Shown here piece by piece: positions 1 through 14,850 of a DNA stretch of 64,000 nucleotides. The position numbers were made by a program, and so were the translations under genes. Below the pieces are notes generated by a model, which was not told the origin of the DNA, made no database searches, and saw only the letters and a list, made by a program, of their open reading frames with translations. The DNA is from Lama glama. Its lineage: Eukaryota. The stretch lies in NCBI GenBank assembly GCA_028534125.1, contig CM052818.1, forward strand, positions 26,352,001-26,416,000, written 5' to 3'. Each line of letters opens with the position of its first letter. Positions within the stretch are counted from its first letter, which is position 1.

Positions 1-210
1 GGGCCAGGTATAGTTTGTTTGCTGGTGATGTAGACAAGGCACCTGACTGAAAGGCTCTAAGGACAGCCCTGGGGAGCCTGCCTCTGAGTGCCTTCAGGTC
101 ATCCTTCAAAGCTCCAGCTCCTGAAGCACTGGGGTTGTGACTCTCCACAGACAGACCAGCTGGAGAAGTGGCTGTGGGGGAAGTTACAACATGTCATGTC
201 CAACCACAGC

Positions 211-702
211 TGTATTAGTTTCCTATTGCTGCTATAACAAATTACCTCAAACTTAGAGGCTTAAAACAACACCAATTTATTATATTACTTTTCTGGAGGT
301 CACAAATCTAAAGTGGATCCATGGGACTGAATTCCCCTTGGAGGCTCCAGGGGAAACCCCGTTTCCTTGCCCTTTTTAGCTTTCAAAGGCAGCCAACATT
401 TTTTGGTGTGTGGTCCCCTACCTTTGTCTTCAAAGCTAGCATCTTCAAATTTCTTTTTCTCTGTCCCTCTGCTTCTGTCATCACATCATCTTCTCTCTGA
501 TTCTGACTCCTTCTGCATGCCTTTTATAAAGACCCGTTTATTTGCATCAAGCCCCTTGGTAATTCAGAATAATCTCTCCACCTCAAAATTCTTAATTTGA
601 TCACAAATGCAGAACTTCTCTTGCCATATAAGGTAACACTCACAGATTCCAAGGATTAGGATATGGACATCTTTAGTGGATCATCATTCACACTACCCTG
701 AC
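211..702 (-). mobile_element. MaLR solo LTR (MLT1 family)
   Basis: Typical reverse MLT1 end tgtattagtttcctattgctgctataacaaattacc...ggcttaaaacaacac and internal gattaggatatggacatc motif. Confidence 0.8.
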
Positions 703-2363
703 AACTCTAAGCCAATCTGACAGTGACAACGAAAGCATCAGCCATTGAGTGTTACCATGTGATTTTAATACAGATATGGAGACAGGGATAGAGGTAATTT
801 TATAGATATATGTGTATGTACTTCAACTGATATATGCTGTATTTGTATATGTATGAAATTATCTATCAATCTAAATCTCCAAAGCCAATGCTCCTTACCC
901 ACTGTCTCCCATTCTGTTCCATGTATCAACAAGAAACTCAGACTATGAATTCTTGTGTGTAATAGCTTCAACCTAATTTTTTTCTCTAGCGAGAACTAAC
1001 CACATTTGTGGTTAGAAAGACAAGGAATGGGTTAATTCCCAGTTGGCTGCATCTACAGAAAGCTCATAAAATTGTCCATTTCTCCCCATAAATGAAACTG
1101 TTGCTTATTCACAGTGTCTTGTTTCTTTTCTTGCTTTACCTTTTTCAGCGTTTTTACTCTTCCTTATTGTTCTCAACCTCAACAGAGGTTGTATTTCCAA
1201 GCAGAACCATTCACCAACCTAAAAATCTTTCCTTTGTTTTAGAAATCTGCTTCACCAAATAACCCATCACCCTGAAAAGTGAAGTCCAGAAATACCACAG
1301 CAAAGGAAACAAAATTGGGAGCTGAAGAGTATAAATCCATCAAACCGTGGTTTAAAAATAAAATAAAATAGAAATGAGTATCCCATGAAACAAAAGTGAA
1401 TGAAGATTTATGTAACAATGTCACCTGGACAGCACCCATTCTCAGTATTCTTCAGTGGGTTTTTTTTTAAACTATTTTAATGTGTGTCTTAAATCAGAAT
1501 CATTAAATTTTTAGAAGACAGAATCCCTTTCTCAGAGAGACAATCCTTAAACAGCAATAGGTGATCTGTTTGTGAGTCTGTCTCCGTGATAGTTAATATT
1601 GCTCTGCCGAGCTTTTTGTTGAGGACAAGAATGAAATATGCTCCTGATTTTTACATGCCTCTGATGTTGCCAAATCATGTGCTTTGGGGATTCTGGCTCA
1701 TACTATATAGATTTTTTTTTTATTACTGCCTCCTCAACGAATGGTTCCTGAGTATTTATTGATAAGTATGACCATATTAAAATCTGGATCATGAATAAAT
1801 GATTTCAGATGAATTTGGGAATAACTACAGCAAGAGAGGCAGGAAAGTAATGAATCAAGTGGTGTGACTTAAAGCCTGGATCAGGTAAGAACACCAACGT
1901 AAGCCCCACTGGGTACCTCCTGCTGGTCTGACGAGACCTCCTGTCCCCGCAAGGCTGGCCCCCAAGCCTTGCCTCACTTGGACCTTCCTTCACTCCACCT
2001 TCCACAGAAAGGGCTGTAGCAGGACCACCATAGGGTTATGCCCAAAATAGTAGAAACATCTGGCTGTACTAGGAATCATCATAATTGAGAAATAGGTTCT
2101 TCGGATTTTGATCTTAAATAATACTTGAATGCTTGAAATAGATTTAAGCATCAGAGGATTAGGTAATAAATGAACATTTTTTAAGATTTTAAAAGGAATG
2201 TCTGTGTCATTTCAAGATTATCAGGGGCTGTTCACTGTCATGAAATACTATCTATTCTTATTTGAATCTTTTGAAACTGGTCTCCCTGTAACATGTTCTA
2301 TTCTGAAGCCAGAATTACTGTTTCAAAAATGCAAATCTGATTAGATCTTTCCTTCTACCTCAT

Positions 2364-2385
2364 CACACACACACACACACACACA
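2364..2385. repeat. (CA)11 microsatellite
   Basis: Perfect CA run seen directly. Confidence 0.95.
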
Positions 2386-5300
2386 AACGCTGTTCACCTA
2401 GTTAACTCCCTCTCCTTCTCCTCCTCCTCATCTCCCAGACCTCAGTTCAGATCAACAGTTCCTCCGAGAAGCCTTCCATGATCCCCCAAACGGCCCACAT
2501 GGCTAAGTGGTCCATGGTGTCTGGCACAGAGTAGGCACGCGAGAAATATTTTAGCGCAAGTACGTTGGCAAACAAACTTTTTCACTGATGCAGATTTATC
2601 ACTAGCAAGTCAAACACAGGGCCATGGTTTTTAGTCCTGTGAGGGAATTGGGGAGTGAAGAGTCTCCTGAGGTAACTATGAAAGAATGTTAGAGGAATTC
2701 AAAGGTAGATTTGGTTTGTGTATGTAAAACAGGTTATTTGAGGTAAAAGTCACTCCCTGAACTTGGAATGACCCAGGAAAATATTGAAGGAAGCGGGAGG
2801 GGGAAGTTAACAGCTGCTATCAGCTTGAGAGTTTGTTTAGAAAAAGCAAAGCAATCAAGGGAAGGGAAGGGGAAGCAGAAGCAACTGATATTTATTTTTT
2901 ATGTATTTCAAATCTTGCTCCCAAAGGTTTTAAAGAACTCTTACAAAGATGCACAAAATAAAATACACTCAAATAAATAATATAAATTAGGTAAAGAATT
3001 TATATGTATGAAATTTGCAAAAAGTCTTTGCAGTGAAGTTATAAAGCCTTTCGTCATTGCTTTAATTTGGAAATATGGAAGACATTTCACTGACTTATGA
3101 AGAAGCTGTCTATAAATTATATGACAGTCCATATTAAAAAATACCATATATGTCTGAATTTTTTACAATTAGCTTACATTTATGTATGATGTTTGTAATT
3201 TAAACTAATAGTAATGATATAATAACAATAGTAAAGCCTCTATAAAGAAATCAGTAATGTTTAATGTTAGATATTGACAGATACTCTATTATATATGTAC
3301 CTGGTCATTCACTGAGGTCAGTGATCGTAAAGGAACAGCAACATTCAGAGCACTTTGCAGTGTTCAGAATGTTTACATCTGTTACTGTTTAGCAGCCTCC
3401 AAATCGCCCTCTGAAGCAGGCAGGGCCAGGCAAGGCAAACCTCACTTTATTATCCCCACTTGAAAAATGAACAAGCAGAGGCAGGCAGCGGAGCTGGGTG
3501 ACCAGTCCTGCCCATGAGACAGAGAGCAGCAGAGCTGCAGAGGAACCCAGGCCTCAAGGTCTATCCTGGTGTGCTCCTTTCCTTTCAGCCTTGGTTCACA
3601 GTGTGACTGGAAGTCTTAGCATTTTAAAGCTGAAATAAGGAAAAATCATTTAACTGCTGCATTTGATCACTCATAAAAATGTTTCCTTGTAAACTGTCCA
3701 ATAACTTCTCAATTATGCTACATAAATGGTTTGAGCCTTTCTCATCATTGAGAAGAAGAAAATTTACTGCTTTCATTTAAAGCCCAAGCACTCTCTAAAG
3801 AAAAGTTGCAGTAGCTGAATATCTTTATTACACTCTTGCCCTCAGAGATAAAGTCTTATCAAAAACCCTACTGAGTATAGATAACAATGTTTAGAGGAAG
3901 GTATTTTTTGATTCAGAAACTTAAAGTGATAAAGCATATAGCAGCCATACTGATAATCTTAGTAAATCATATTTCAGCTTATTTGCCCCCTTAGTAATCT
4001 CAAACAGCTACATCACCTTCAAGATAGACACTTGGTTAGCTATCTGTATTGCCTGTACCTACAGGAGACCCTGGAGGGTGACAGGCCATCTTACATGGAG
4101 CTCTCACTGAGTGTAGCCTTGTCAATGACCCCAGGTGGTGGCCACTCTCTGTTCCTCACTGTGGCCTACCAGGCCTTTGGAATCCAGTCCCCATACTCCA
4201 GTTTTCAACAGCTATCTTGTTTCTCTTCACTTTGGAGATTGACCTGGATATCTTTCTTTACTCTCTGCTTTTTCCTAGACTTTTACTCTTGCACAGGTCT
4301 TAATGTCAGTATCCCAGCAGCTTTGAGCGAGACAGTTTCTTTGTTACACTCAGATCCCCCAGGGCCCATGATGTTTCACAGGAGAGAATGATTTAGATAT
4401 ACAACTTGTGTGAAAGTAGAATAATCCAGGTCAGGAGAGGCCAATGGAGATCATTGGTCTTGCTTTTTTATTTTTAAAAAGAGGTTGTGGGTTTGTTACT
4501 CGATGCTCAGAAACATGGGAGAGGAGGTTGAAAATGGATCTGAAGTGGACAAGCCAGTACTTAAAGACAAGTATATGCTGGTGATTAAGAATCACTGTTT
4601 TGAAGTCTAAGTTGGAAGGCAAATATTCAAGCAAAGGTAGAACTGGTCATCAGTAGAGGTTGATCAGGCAGCTGGGGGTAAAGAAATCTGGCACCCAGTA
4701 TTAGGGAGCCTGGGGTTTAGGGACAGAAAATTCTGGCACTAAAGGAAGAGGATAAAGCAAAAACATAGCCATAAAGGAACTACCTTTTAAATACATATAG
4801 CTTTTGCATCTTTCAAATCACTTTCACATGTACGATATCCTTTGTCTTGACCAAAAACCTATGGGATAAACAGAGTAGTGGTTACTATTCCCATTTGACA
4901 GATGAGGTGGAAGCCAGATTATTGAAGGCTCTGAAAGACAGGAAGAAATGCTCAGACTTTGACATAGGGGTGACAGGTCATCGTGAGAGGTAAGCCTGGG
5001 AGAAAACTATGATGACTGTGTAAGAAGATCCACCCTTTAAATGCCTGGTGCCTGGGATACTCCTAACACATTACTCCTGTGCTAAGATGGCTTTCTACTT
5101 TCTAGTATTTATCTGTTGTTGAACTTTTTAATTAGTCAAATGCCTAGCTGTAATATCTGTATCAAGAAGCACTCTGGCAAAAATCAGAAGGTTTGAGAGG
5201 TCATTAGAAGTTGAAGTGTTTGAGGAAAAAGCATCTCTCCTAGAAATTCCTTGTACTCCTGCAAATGACTTCAAAAATCATTTCTGGGTAACAAAGTGGG

Positions 5301-5879
5301 AGCCAAGTTAGTTTAACTTATGTGGTTGTCAGCCATTTGTTTGTTTTCTTAGTTTCTCTATCTTCTCCCACGTTCTTTCCATTACCAATGTAGAAGAAAA
5401 TTAGAAATATTCTGACTAATTAAATGCGTATCTCCTGGCTGACTTCCTGGTTGATGTACAATTTTAGATGAAATTATATACACAGATATCTCAGAGCCAT
5501 TTGTTTTTTTGCCAATCTAGCTTCCTCTCACCACAGGGCTCATAAAGTTCATGGGGCCGTTGTCTAGAGGCCACTATCACAGACTCCATTGACAATGTTG
5601 TTATGTGAAGACAGAATCACCACTAATATTAACCATCCCTCACCTGAGCTTCCCAAACCCAAACCCAAATCCTGCCCTGCCTTCAATCCTAAATTCCATG
5701 GGGGATTCTCAAAGCCAGCTAACCATATCAAGTCTGAAATCTGTATCATCCCTGGTCACCAAACAAAATGCAAACCATGCTCCCTGACTCTCCCACACAC
5801 TCATCTCATAGGATTCTAAGCCTCCTGTCTCTGACCAGCCACTCCTCTCTGTCTCCCACCCCACAGCTATCAACTGTGC

Positions 5880-6910
5880 CCTCTGAGACTCTATTTCATG
5901 ATAATCCAACCACCCTATGTCTTCAACCTCTTCACAGATGCTCCCTCCATTTCTTGACAACTGAGATTGGGCTCTCCCTTAAGGACATGACTCTCCCAAG
6001 TAGACTTCTCCAATGGAAGGAGTTCCTATATCTACCTGAATATCTCAATGGGTACCTCAAACTCAAAAGGATGAAACCGAACCTAATTGAACCTGTCATC
6101 TTCCCCACACCATCCATTCTCTTTCCCCTGCCTTCACAACACAGTGACACAGAAGTTACCCAGTCACTAAAGCCAGGAATCTGACAGCCCAGCTAGACTC
6201 ATCTTTCTCTTTCACTTTCCACATTCTGTCACTCACCAAGCCCTGATCATTTTTCCTGCTAAATAGTTCTCTAACCCATTCCTCCTTTGTGTTTCTATTA
6301 TTAAAGTCTAGTTCAAGGCCTCAGTCATCTGCAGAGATGGTCATACTCCTTTAATTTATGCAGGACTATCCTCCACCTGGCTGCCAGAGGAATCTGAGTT
6401 GACCATGTCATTCCTCTGCCTGTACTGGTCCATGGACTCTCCCAAACCTGACCAAGCTCCCTCTGAGGGAAAACAGACCCTCCTTGATCTGTCCGTACCT
6501 ACCTCTCCATTCTTATCTCCCCGAAATTGCTGCCTCCCATTGTATGCTTTAAACAACTTGTCCTTCACTGCACTCATCATGCTAAAATAATCCTGTGCTT
6601 TTTCTGAATGCCATTCCCCTTGCCTGAAATCCTTTTCTCACTCTACCTCAATCAAAACTAAGTTTTGATTGGTGTCATTTTACTCAGGAACAATTTCTCA
6701 TGTAATTATGACAAGCTCAGTAACCATCCCCGTGCTCTCCCTGCACCCTCTGCTTCATTTGTATTAACCATATGAGTATGTATGCATCTTTCTTCTGTAT
6801 CTATTTTCCTAGAGGTCAGAGACTGAATTTTTAACTTTTTTTTTCACATTTCCATCTGTGGGTCTAGTAAAATGACAGGAACATATTAGGTGCTTAATAA
6901 ATATTTGATG
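5880..6910 (+). mobile_element. LINE-2 3' fragment
   Basis: L2-like motifs (ctacctgaatatctcaatgggtacctcaaactc; tagttcaaggcctcagtcatc) and terminal taggtgcttaataaatatttg. Confidence 0.65.
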
Positions 6911-7631
6911 CCCCAAAATAATTTCCACTGAAAATGGATTAGCCAAGTCCCAGTGGCCTTCATGCATGAACGCATTCATTTACTCATTCAACAATAGAAC
7001 ACCTGCTAAATATTTATATCCTATTTATCTAGCATTCTTGACCTATCTGCTATTTCGATATGAAGTAACTTCTTGAAATGCCTCAAACTCAGTTTCACTC
7101 AGAAGCAGTTTTTCATACCAATCACAGTGTCTGTTTTGTGCAAAATAACTGGTAGAGGTGATCTGGGAGGAGGCAAAACTAGGATAGCCCAAGTCCCCGT
7201 GAATTTACAATCTGATCTGACTATACACATCTGCAATATTTGGCAATACATAATTTTTAAAAAGCCTTTCAGCAAATGTAAATTAATAAAACACAAACTG
7301 AATACCTAAATGTCTAGAGAAGTGGAGAGGGAAAAAAAAGATCAGAACTGGGTGAATTTAATGAGAACCAGCTGCAGAAGGGAAGGTTTTTCTTTAAAGA
7401 CTCAGTGAACATGAATGGCTTAAAAAAAAGAAAGAAAGAATATTTCAGGTTAAAGAAATGAAGTGAGCAAAAACAAGAAGATAAAAGCTCTACTGAGAAA
7501 ACAGCAACTCCACTTCCTTGACAGAACTACAGAACTACTTGTATCTGAACTAAGATATGAGAATAGGTGTTCAGCGTGCAAGACGTACACAAAATAAATC
7601 TAAGAAGCTGGAATTAGTCTTTAGGACCAAC

Positions 7632-8112
7632 TGTGGTAGAGAATCTCCAAATCAATTTCTTCCTCCCTTCTTTTCTTGGGGTGGGGGTTGGGTACTGCTG
7701 CCCTCCTATTACGAAGTAAGTTTATTTACCAATCCCCTGAAATCCAGGGTAGCCTTGTCACTTGTTTTGCCCAAAGAATCTGGCAGAAGTGACACTGACC
7801 TACTTCCAGCAGAGGCCTGGAAGCTTCTGCTTTTTTCCTTGGAAGCCAATAACCATGCCATAAAGAAACACAGGCTTCATCACTGAAGGACATATGGAGA
7901 GAGACCTGGAAGACAAAACACAATCGTGGAAGGATGGGCCATCCTCCAGATGAATAAAGTTGCTAGGTGACCTCAGCTGTACCAGGTCGATCAGAAGAAC
8001 CACCAACAAGCCTAGGCCACCAACAGAGTCACGAGAAATAACACATCACTGTTTTGTCAGACAACAAAGTTTTGGTGTGCTTGTTGTTACGCAGCAATAA
8101 ATAACTGAAACA
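7632..8112 (+). mobile_element. Old MaLR solo LTR (MLT1H/I/J-like)
   Basis: TG...CA ends; ggcagaagtgacactg core; 3' end ttgttacgcagcaataaataactgaaaca. Confidence 0.65.
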
Positions 8113-8289
8113 TCAGCCTATTCCTTTCATCTCCTGGTATCCACCCAACTTCAAACATCCTATGCCCTCCTGCTATCTAATAATAATAATAATAAATTTC
8201 TCTAACCTTCACAACTTACTATTATGTCAGATATCAGACTATGTGTTCTGCAGGAATGCTGTTATCTGCAGAATAATCCTAAGGGATGG

Positions 8290-8744
8290 TGTAGTGGGTT
8301 GAATGGTGCACCCTCTACCCTTACCCTGCCAAAAAAGGTGTCCCTAAAAACTGGGACTGTAGCCTTCTTTGGAAAAAGTGTCTTTACAGACATAATTAAG
8401 TGAAGGATCTCAAGATGAGATTATCCTGGATTATACAGGTGGTCCCAAAATCCAATGAGAAGCATCCTACAACAGACTGAAGAGAAGACACAGGCAGAGA
8501 GAAAGCCATGTGAAGACCAAAGCAGAGGCTGCAGTGAACAGTCACAAGTCAAAGAATGCTGCTGGCCACCAGGAGCTGGCAGAGAAAAAAGGTGGAATCT
8601 CTCTTTGCGCCCCTGGAGGAAGGACAGCCTAGCTGACACCTTGATTTCAGACCTCTGGTCTCCAGAATTGTGAGAGAATACATTTCTTTAGTTTTAAGCC
8701 AAGTTTGTTTTAATTTATTACAGCGGTCCTAGAAAACTAAAACA
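8290..8744 (+). mobile_element. MaLR solo LTR (MLT1C/D-like) with 5-bp TSD GATGG, inserted in a MIR
   Basis: Starts tgtagtgggttgaatggt, ends gaaaactaaaaca; GATGG at 8285-8289 and 8745-8749; MIR-like sequence on both flanks. Confidence 0.88.
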
Positions 8745-9569
8745 GATGGGTTCTATTTTTATCCCCATTATATGGATGAGGAGACCAAGTCACTTAATGA
8801 GAAGATTAAATGACTTGCCCAAAGTTACATAGTAATAAGCAGAGGGTCGGGCTTGAATGTAGGCAATATGTAAGTCTCCATCATACCAGTTTCTGTGGAT
8901 CATTCCTACTTCTGTATCTATCTTTCCAGCATCCCTCCCATAAAAAATATCCTGCTTGCAGCAAAGTGTCAGGAAAGGGTCTAATAATACATTAACACTA
9001 CCTTATTAATTCTCAATAGCAGTTTAGTGTTTGAACCCTCCTGGGACATGGTGATAATGATATTTTATTGGCAGAAATAACAGAATCCACTGAAATGCAA
9101 TGCAAATAGTAAAGCTTTAAGTTTTAACTAAGGCAGATGGTGGAGATATTTACCAATCAAAAATTTGCCTTTGTGTCTTAATTTACCATGTAATATTGAG
9201 TTAGATATGGGAGAAGTTTTGAGTCCTCTAAACTATAAGTTTTTAAAAGGCAGCATTCAGGTTTAATATACAGGCATTCTGTTATAATGCAATATATACA
9301 TATTTAAAAAACTAAGGTCGGCCAAAATTATGCACAAAAATATAACAGGGATTATGGGACCAGCTAGAAAATGTGGGACCCAAGGAATGACACAGAGGTG
9401 AGTTCCCTGGGTTTTCTTTTTACTTTATATACCTCAGGCTTGGAGCTGAAGAAGCCAGAAGTCCCAGATATGGCAATGGGTGCAGAAAAAAAAAAAAAAG
9501 AGCCTCAAACAAAAGCCTACTCTTTTTACCCAAAGTACTAGCAGAGGAAAAGCCTCAGAAATTAAAAGT

Positions 9570-11290
9570 ACAATGCTATTCACAATTGTCCAAAAAGTTA
9601 AACACTTTGGTGTAAATATAGCAAAATATGTATAGCGCTCATAGGTTGAAAACTACAAAATAAAAGGAATCAAACAAGTTCTAAATAAATGGAAAGACAT
9701 ACTATGTTCATGGATCGGAAGTCTTAATGTAGTACACATGTCAATTCTTCACAGGTTGATATATAGGCTTAACACAATTTCTATCAAAATCCCAGCAATT
9801 TTTTGTAGATATTCATAAGGTTTATTCTAAAATTTAAATGGAATGGTAAAGCAACTAGAATAGCTAAAACAGTCTTGAAAAAGAATAAAATGGGAGGAAT
9901 CAGTCTACCTGATTTCAAGCTATGCAATCAGAGCTACAGTAGTCAAGACTGTGTGGTATTGACAAAGGGACAGACACATAGATCAATGGAACATGATAGA
10001 GAACCCAGACACAGACTCACAGAAATATGCCCAACTGATTTTTGATGAAACTGTAAAAATAATTCAATAGAGGAAAGATAGCCTTTTCAACAAATGGTGC
10101 TGGGACCTTTGGTCCCCCATTGGCAAAAAAAAAAAGAGAAACTTAACATAAACCTAACACCTTATACAAAAATTAACTCAAAATGGATAGCAGACTTAAA
10201 TGTCAAATTTCAAGCTATAAAACTTCTGTTTTTAAAAATATAGAAAAATCTTTGGGATCTAGGGCTAAGAAAGGAGTTCTCAGACATGACTCCAAAACAC
10301 AATCCAGAAAAGAAAAAAATTATTAATTGAACTTCATCAAAATTTAAAATGTTCTCTGTACAAAAGACTCTGTTGAGAGAATGAAAAAGACTACAAACTA
10401 CAGAGCAGGAGGGAAAAAATTCGATTGGAAAATGGGCAAAAGACATGAAGAGCATTTTCAGTGAAGACATACAGATGGCAAATAAGCACATGAAAAGATG
10501 TTCAGTATCATTAGATATTAGGGAAATTAAAATTAAAACTATAATGAGATACCAATAGACACTTATCAGAAAGACTGAAATAAAAAATAGTGACAACACC
10601 AAATGTCAGCAAGGATACAGGAAAACAGGATTGCTGATGGGAATGTGAACTGGTTCAGCCACTCTGGAAAATAAATTGGCAGTTTAAAAAAAAAAGCAAC
10701 CAAACATGCCACTCATACAAGCCAGCAACTGCAGTCCTGGACATTTATCCCAGAAAAATGAAGTCTTATGTTCACTCAAAAGCCTATACACAAATGTTTA
10801 TAGCAGCTTCATTCATAATAGACAAAAACTGGAAACAACCCAGATGTCCTTCCACAAGTGACTGAATAAACAAACTGTGGTATATCCATACCATGGAATA
10901 CTACTCAGCAACTAAAAGGAGTGAACTAGTGTTATACACAATGGGATGAATATCCAGAAAATTATGCTGCATGAAAAAAGCCAATCCCAAAAGGTTGTGT
11001 ACTGTATGTGTCCATTTACATAATAGTCTTATAATGACAAAATTATAGAATACAGAACAGATTAGCGTTTACAGGGTTCAAGAGGGAGAGTAGGGAGGGG
11101 AGTGGGTGTGGATATAAAAGGGTAACATGAAGGACCCTTGCGGTGATGGAAATGTTCTGTGTCTTCACTCTGTCAACATCAATACCTCAGCTGTGATATT
11201 GTATTACAGCTTTTATAAGATATTACCACTGGGGAAAACTAGGTCAATGGCAGAAGGAGTCATTCAGAATTATTTCTACAACTGCATTTT
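9570..11290 (+). mobile_element. Degenerate L1 (L1MC-like), ORF2 3' part plus 3'UTR
   Basis: ORF2 hallmarks: aataaatggaaagacatactatgttcatggatcggaag, gacacatagatcaatggaac, ttcaacaaatggtgctggg, ccatggaatactactcagc. No intact ORF. Confidence 0.88.
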
Positions 11291-13427
11291 TTTTTAAAAG
11301 CAAATACACAAAGATCAAGAACCCTTTCAATATTAAACCCTTCTAAGATAAACTCTTCCAAGCTAGAGCATGTAGCCAAATATGGGAAGAGCAAACACGC
11401 AGTGACTGGGCACTGTGCACCCTACTGGCCTGTCACATTCAGTTGTGATGGTGTCCTTTGTGTTCCAAGTGTTCGATACTATGATTTAGTGGCACAAAAT
11501 GTTAATATATGGGAAATACATAAACCAACATGACTTCTGCATTATTCTGATATCTTTCTTCTGCTTACCATTCATGTATCAGCTAACTTGCTTTATAGAA
11601 ATGTGTCATTAAAAGGGATTGTATTTCTTAATTTTCAAGTAACTATGCTGGCATAAAATAGGTAAACCATTTGACAGTGGAGAATCTGAATGAATGAATG
11701 AATGAACTGAAGACAGAGGTATGTGGATGAAATTGGAAAATCATGTTTGAAGAAGATTCAGCTACTGGCTGACTATAAGATGTATACATAAAACTGAGAC
11801 AGAAAACATAAGAATGATCTAGGATTTCGTTGAAGTTTTAATTAGGGGTAATGAAGAACTGAATGGGATAAATCTGTAGGACTTTATGTAAAAAGGAATT
11901 AGCAAAATTAATAAGGGACAGGATGTCAAAAAGGCTCTAAATTTTTACTTAAGGAACTAGGAAAAACCAAATGGTTCTTTTGACAGTAATGAAAAAAATC
12001 TATGAAAGGTGACTATTAAAAGAGAACTAAGTTTATTTAATAACACAAAGTGTAAAGACATTCAAATAATATCATCCTGCTGACAAACAGAGATGCAGGA
12101 TTAGAGAGGGGGCATGAGCTAAACGCTACTTAAACAGTGGTATGAGTGGGTGCTAGAGGTGAGGAAAAGTTCCCAAAGCAATGAATCATCATCCAGGATG
12201 GGGTCTGTGGGACTAGATTAGGGTTCAGCCCCTCTATCCAACAAGAAGAGAGGATTTTGATGGAGCTGAATTTACATGTAAAGATACAGTGCTTCATTTT
12301 CAAAGGCTGAAGGAATAGATGCAGCAAAGTCCAATAGAAATGTAAATCAACATTTCAAATGCAATGCAATTGAGACCAAAATCCCCATCTTTCTCTTCAC
12401 CAAGTCTCCTGCCTAATTATATAATATGGTTAAGAAGCATTGCCAAAACTTTGTTCTAATTTTGCAGGGACATTATCTCAGGCTCTGCTTCCTCTCCACA
12501 CACCTCAAACTGTTAACTCTTACTTCTTCAGCTAATCCCATCTCAAAAATAAATCCTTTTGAGACCTCCAAAGCTCCTGAAAATTTCCTCATCTAAGTGT
12601 AGCACCTCCTACAGCAAACTCTTCCACACATTGTCTAGATAACTAGTTTCATAGAATTCTGCTTGTGCTAGAATATTCTGCCAATAGCCCCAACTTGCCT
12701 ACTAACAAAATAAAGAACAAGTGTTTCTCTTGCCAACACTCTCACTACCAGGTTATTTTAATACAATTTAATTATTAGAAAGCAAAACACAATAAATAGT
12801 ATCCATAAATGGCAAATGGAAATGGCAATTCTCAATCCTGCCAAAATCTTACATCTTAAGAGATGCATTTTTTTCCCACGTCCCTATAGTGACTGATGAG
12901 GTGGAAAGATTTCCTGACTTGGCTTCCCCATTGGTTTCTGTTAGGATTCCTCTGAGGGATGGCTCCTGGATCCCACATTCTCCTTTCATCTTCAGCCCTC
13001 CTAGAATATAGGTAGAGCATTGCTGAGAAAGCCCCAGTTGCACATGAACTCAGCTACCTAGGATCCTGAGAAATCTGCTCTTCCAACATCTGAATGGAAG
13101 GGCAGATGGAAAGATTCCATCCTTTGATTTATGTAATCCCAGTGGACGCTGCCCCTGTTAAAAGTTGCTTTAGTTCTTATCTGCTCTTGAAGTGGTCCAG
13201 CACCATGGCTTGCCTCTCCCAGATCTGCCTTGAGCCACTCGCTACTCACTGCTAGCTTGCCACTTAGATCTCCAGGGGCACTGTCCCCTCCCTAGGGAGG
13301 ATGCTGTCACACTGAACTCAACAGAAGATTAGATTTTTCCTTTACCATCACATTCCAAGGCGGCTGAACTTGAATGAGGGTTGGGAGATAGAGATAATGA
13401 CAATTTATAATATTAAAAATGACCCTA

Positions 13428-13873
13428 CTCAGCCATAAAAACCGACAACATAATGCCATTTGCAGCAACATGGATGCTCCTAGAGAATGTCATTCTAAGT
13501 GAAGTAAGCCAGAAAGAGAAAGAAAAATACCATATGAGATCGCTTATATGTGGAATCTAAAAAACAAACATACAAACAAAAACAAAGCATAAATACAGGA
13601 CAGAAATAGACTCATGGACAGAGAATACAGACTTGTGGTTACCAGGGGGGTAGAGGGTGGGAAGGGATAGACTGGGATTTCAAAATTGTAGAATAGATAA
13701 ACAAGATTACACTGTATAGCACAGGGAAATATACACAAAATTTTATGATAAACCACAGAGAAAAAAATGTGACAATGAGTGTGTATATGTCCATGAATGA
13801 CTGAAAAATTGTGCTGAACACTGGAGTTTGACACAACATTGTAAAATGATTATAAATCAATAAAAATGTTTTA
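13428..13873 (+). mobile_element. Young 5'-truncated L1 3' end with 13-bp TSD
   Basis: Highly similar to 23218-23665; TSD aaaaatgacccta at 13415-13427 and 13874-13886; TT/AAAA endonuclease site. Confidence 0.92.
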
Positions 13874-14548
13874 AAAAATGACCCTAAACATCACCATTCC
13901 CAGATTTTTTAATTAAAAAAAATTAATATGCCAGTTAAATTTTTCACATAGATCTTCTCATTGGGTCACCTGATTCCTAGCCTTGTGCCCCTGTCCCTCC
14001 TCCAAAATAAAGAAAGAACATTCTTAAATCTATCATGTTGCAAATCTCCACCTTCCTCTAGGAAACATTATCCCTCTACTTAAGAAGGTTGCTCTTACCC
14101 TAAAATATGACCTTCCACTTCTAATTACGGCAACCATGAGACATAGTAGCTCAAACTAAGCTCTCCCTCTAAAGACTGAGTTGTTCAATCTGGAACAACA
14201 CTTTGGACTTTCAGCCAAACGACACACACACTTATTCCTCCCAGAGCAAGTACAGTCAAAATCCATTTTAAAGAAAAGAAACATTTCCCTAAAGGCAACA
14301 AGATCTTCAGAGCTTGCCACAGGAGAAGGAGATAGAATTTTTATTACTGATAAAGAGACAGCAATCCTTCTTTTCTATTCTTGTTTCTAGATTTGTCCAG
14401 GCTTTTTTCCCTTTGTAAACCAACCAACCAACCAAGGAGCCCATTACAGCACCTTTGAGAATAGTGTCATCAATTTAATTGCTATTCTGTAGCTTTCTTT
14501 ACCTTGGACTAAATCCTACTCTAGTCAAGATTTCCTCCCATTCCGGTA

Positions 14549-14850
14549 TAGTCCTTCCTTAGTATTCTCCGGGGACTGGTTCCAGGACTCCCCTGCAGAG
14601 ACCAAAATCCACAGATGTTCAAGTTCCTTATATAAAATGGTGCAGTATTTGTATATAAGCTACACATACCCTCCCCTATACTTTAAATCATCTCTAGATG
14701 ACTTGTAATATGTAATACAATGTAAATGTTATGTAAATAGTTGCCAGGGCATCAAGTTCAAGTCTTGCTTTTTGGAACTTTATGAAACTTTTTTTTCTAA
14801 TATTTTGACTCGTGGTTGGTTGAATCTCCACAGATATGGAGGGCCAGCTG
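14549..14850 (+). mobile_element. MER2-like non-autonomous TcMar-Tigger element
   Basis: ggactggttccaggac...accaaaatccacagatgttcaagttccttatataaaatgg...gatatggagggccagctg; similar copies at 31135 and 43342. Confidence 0.82.
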
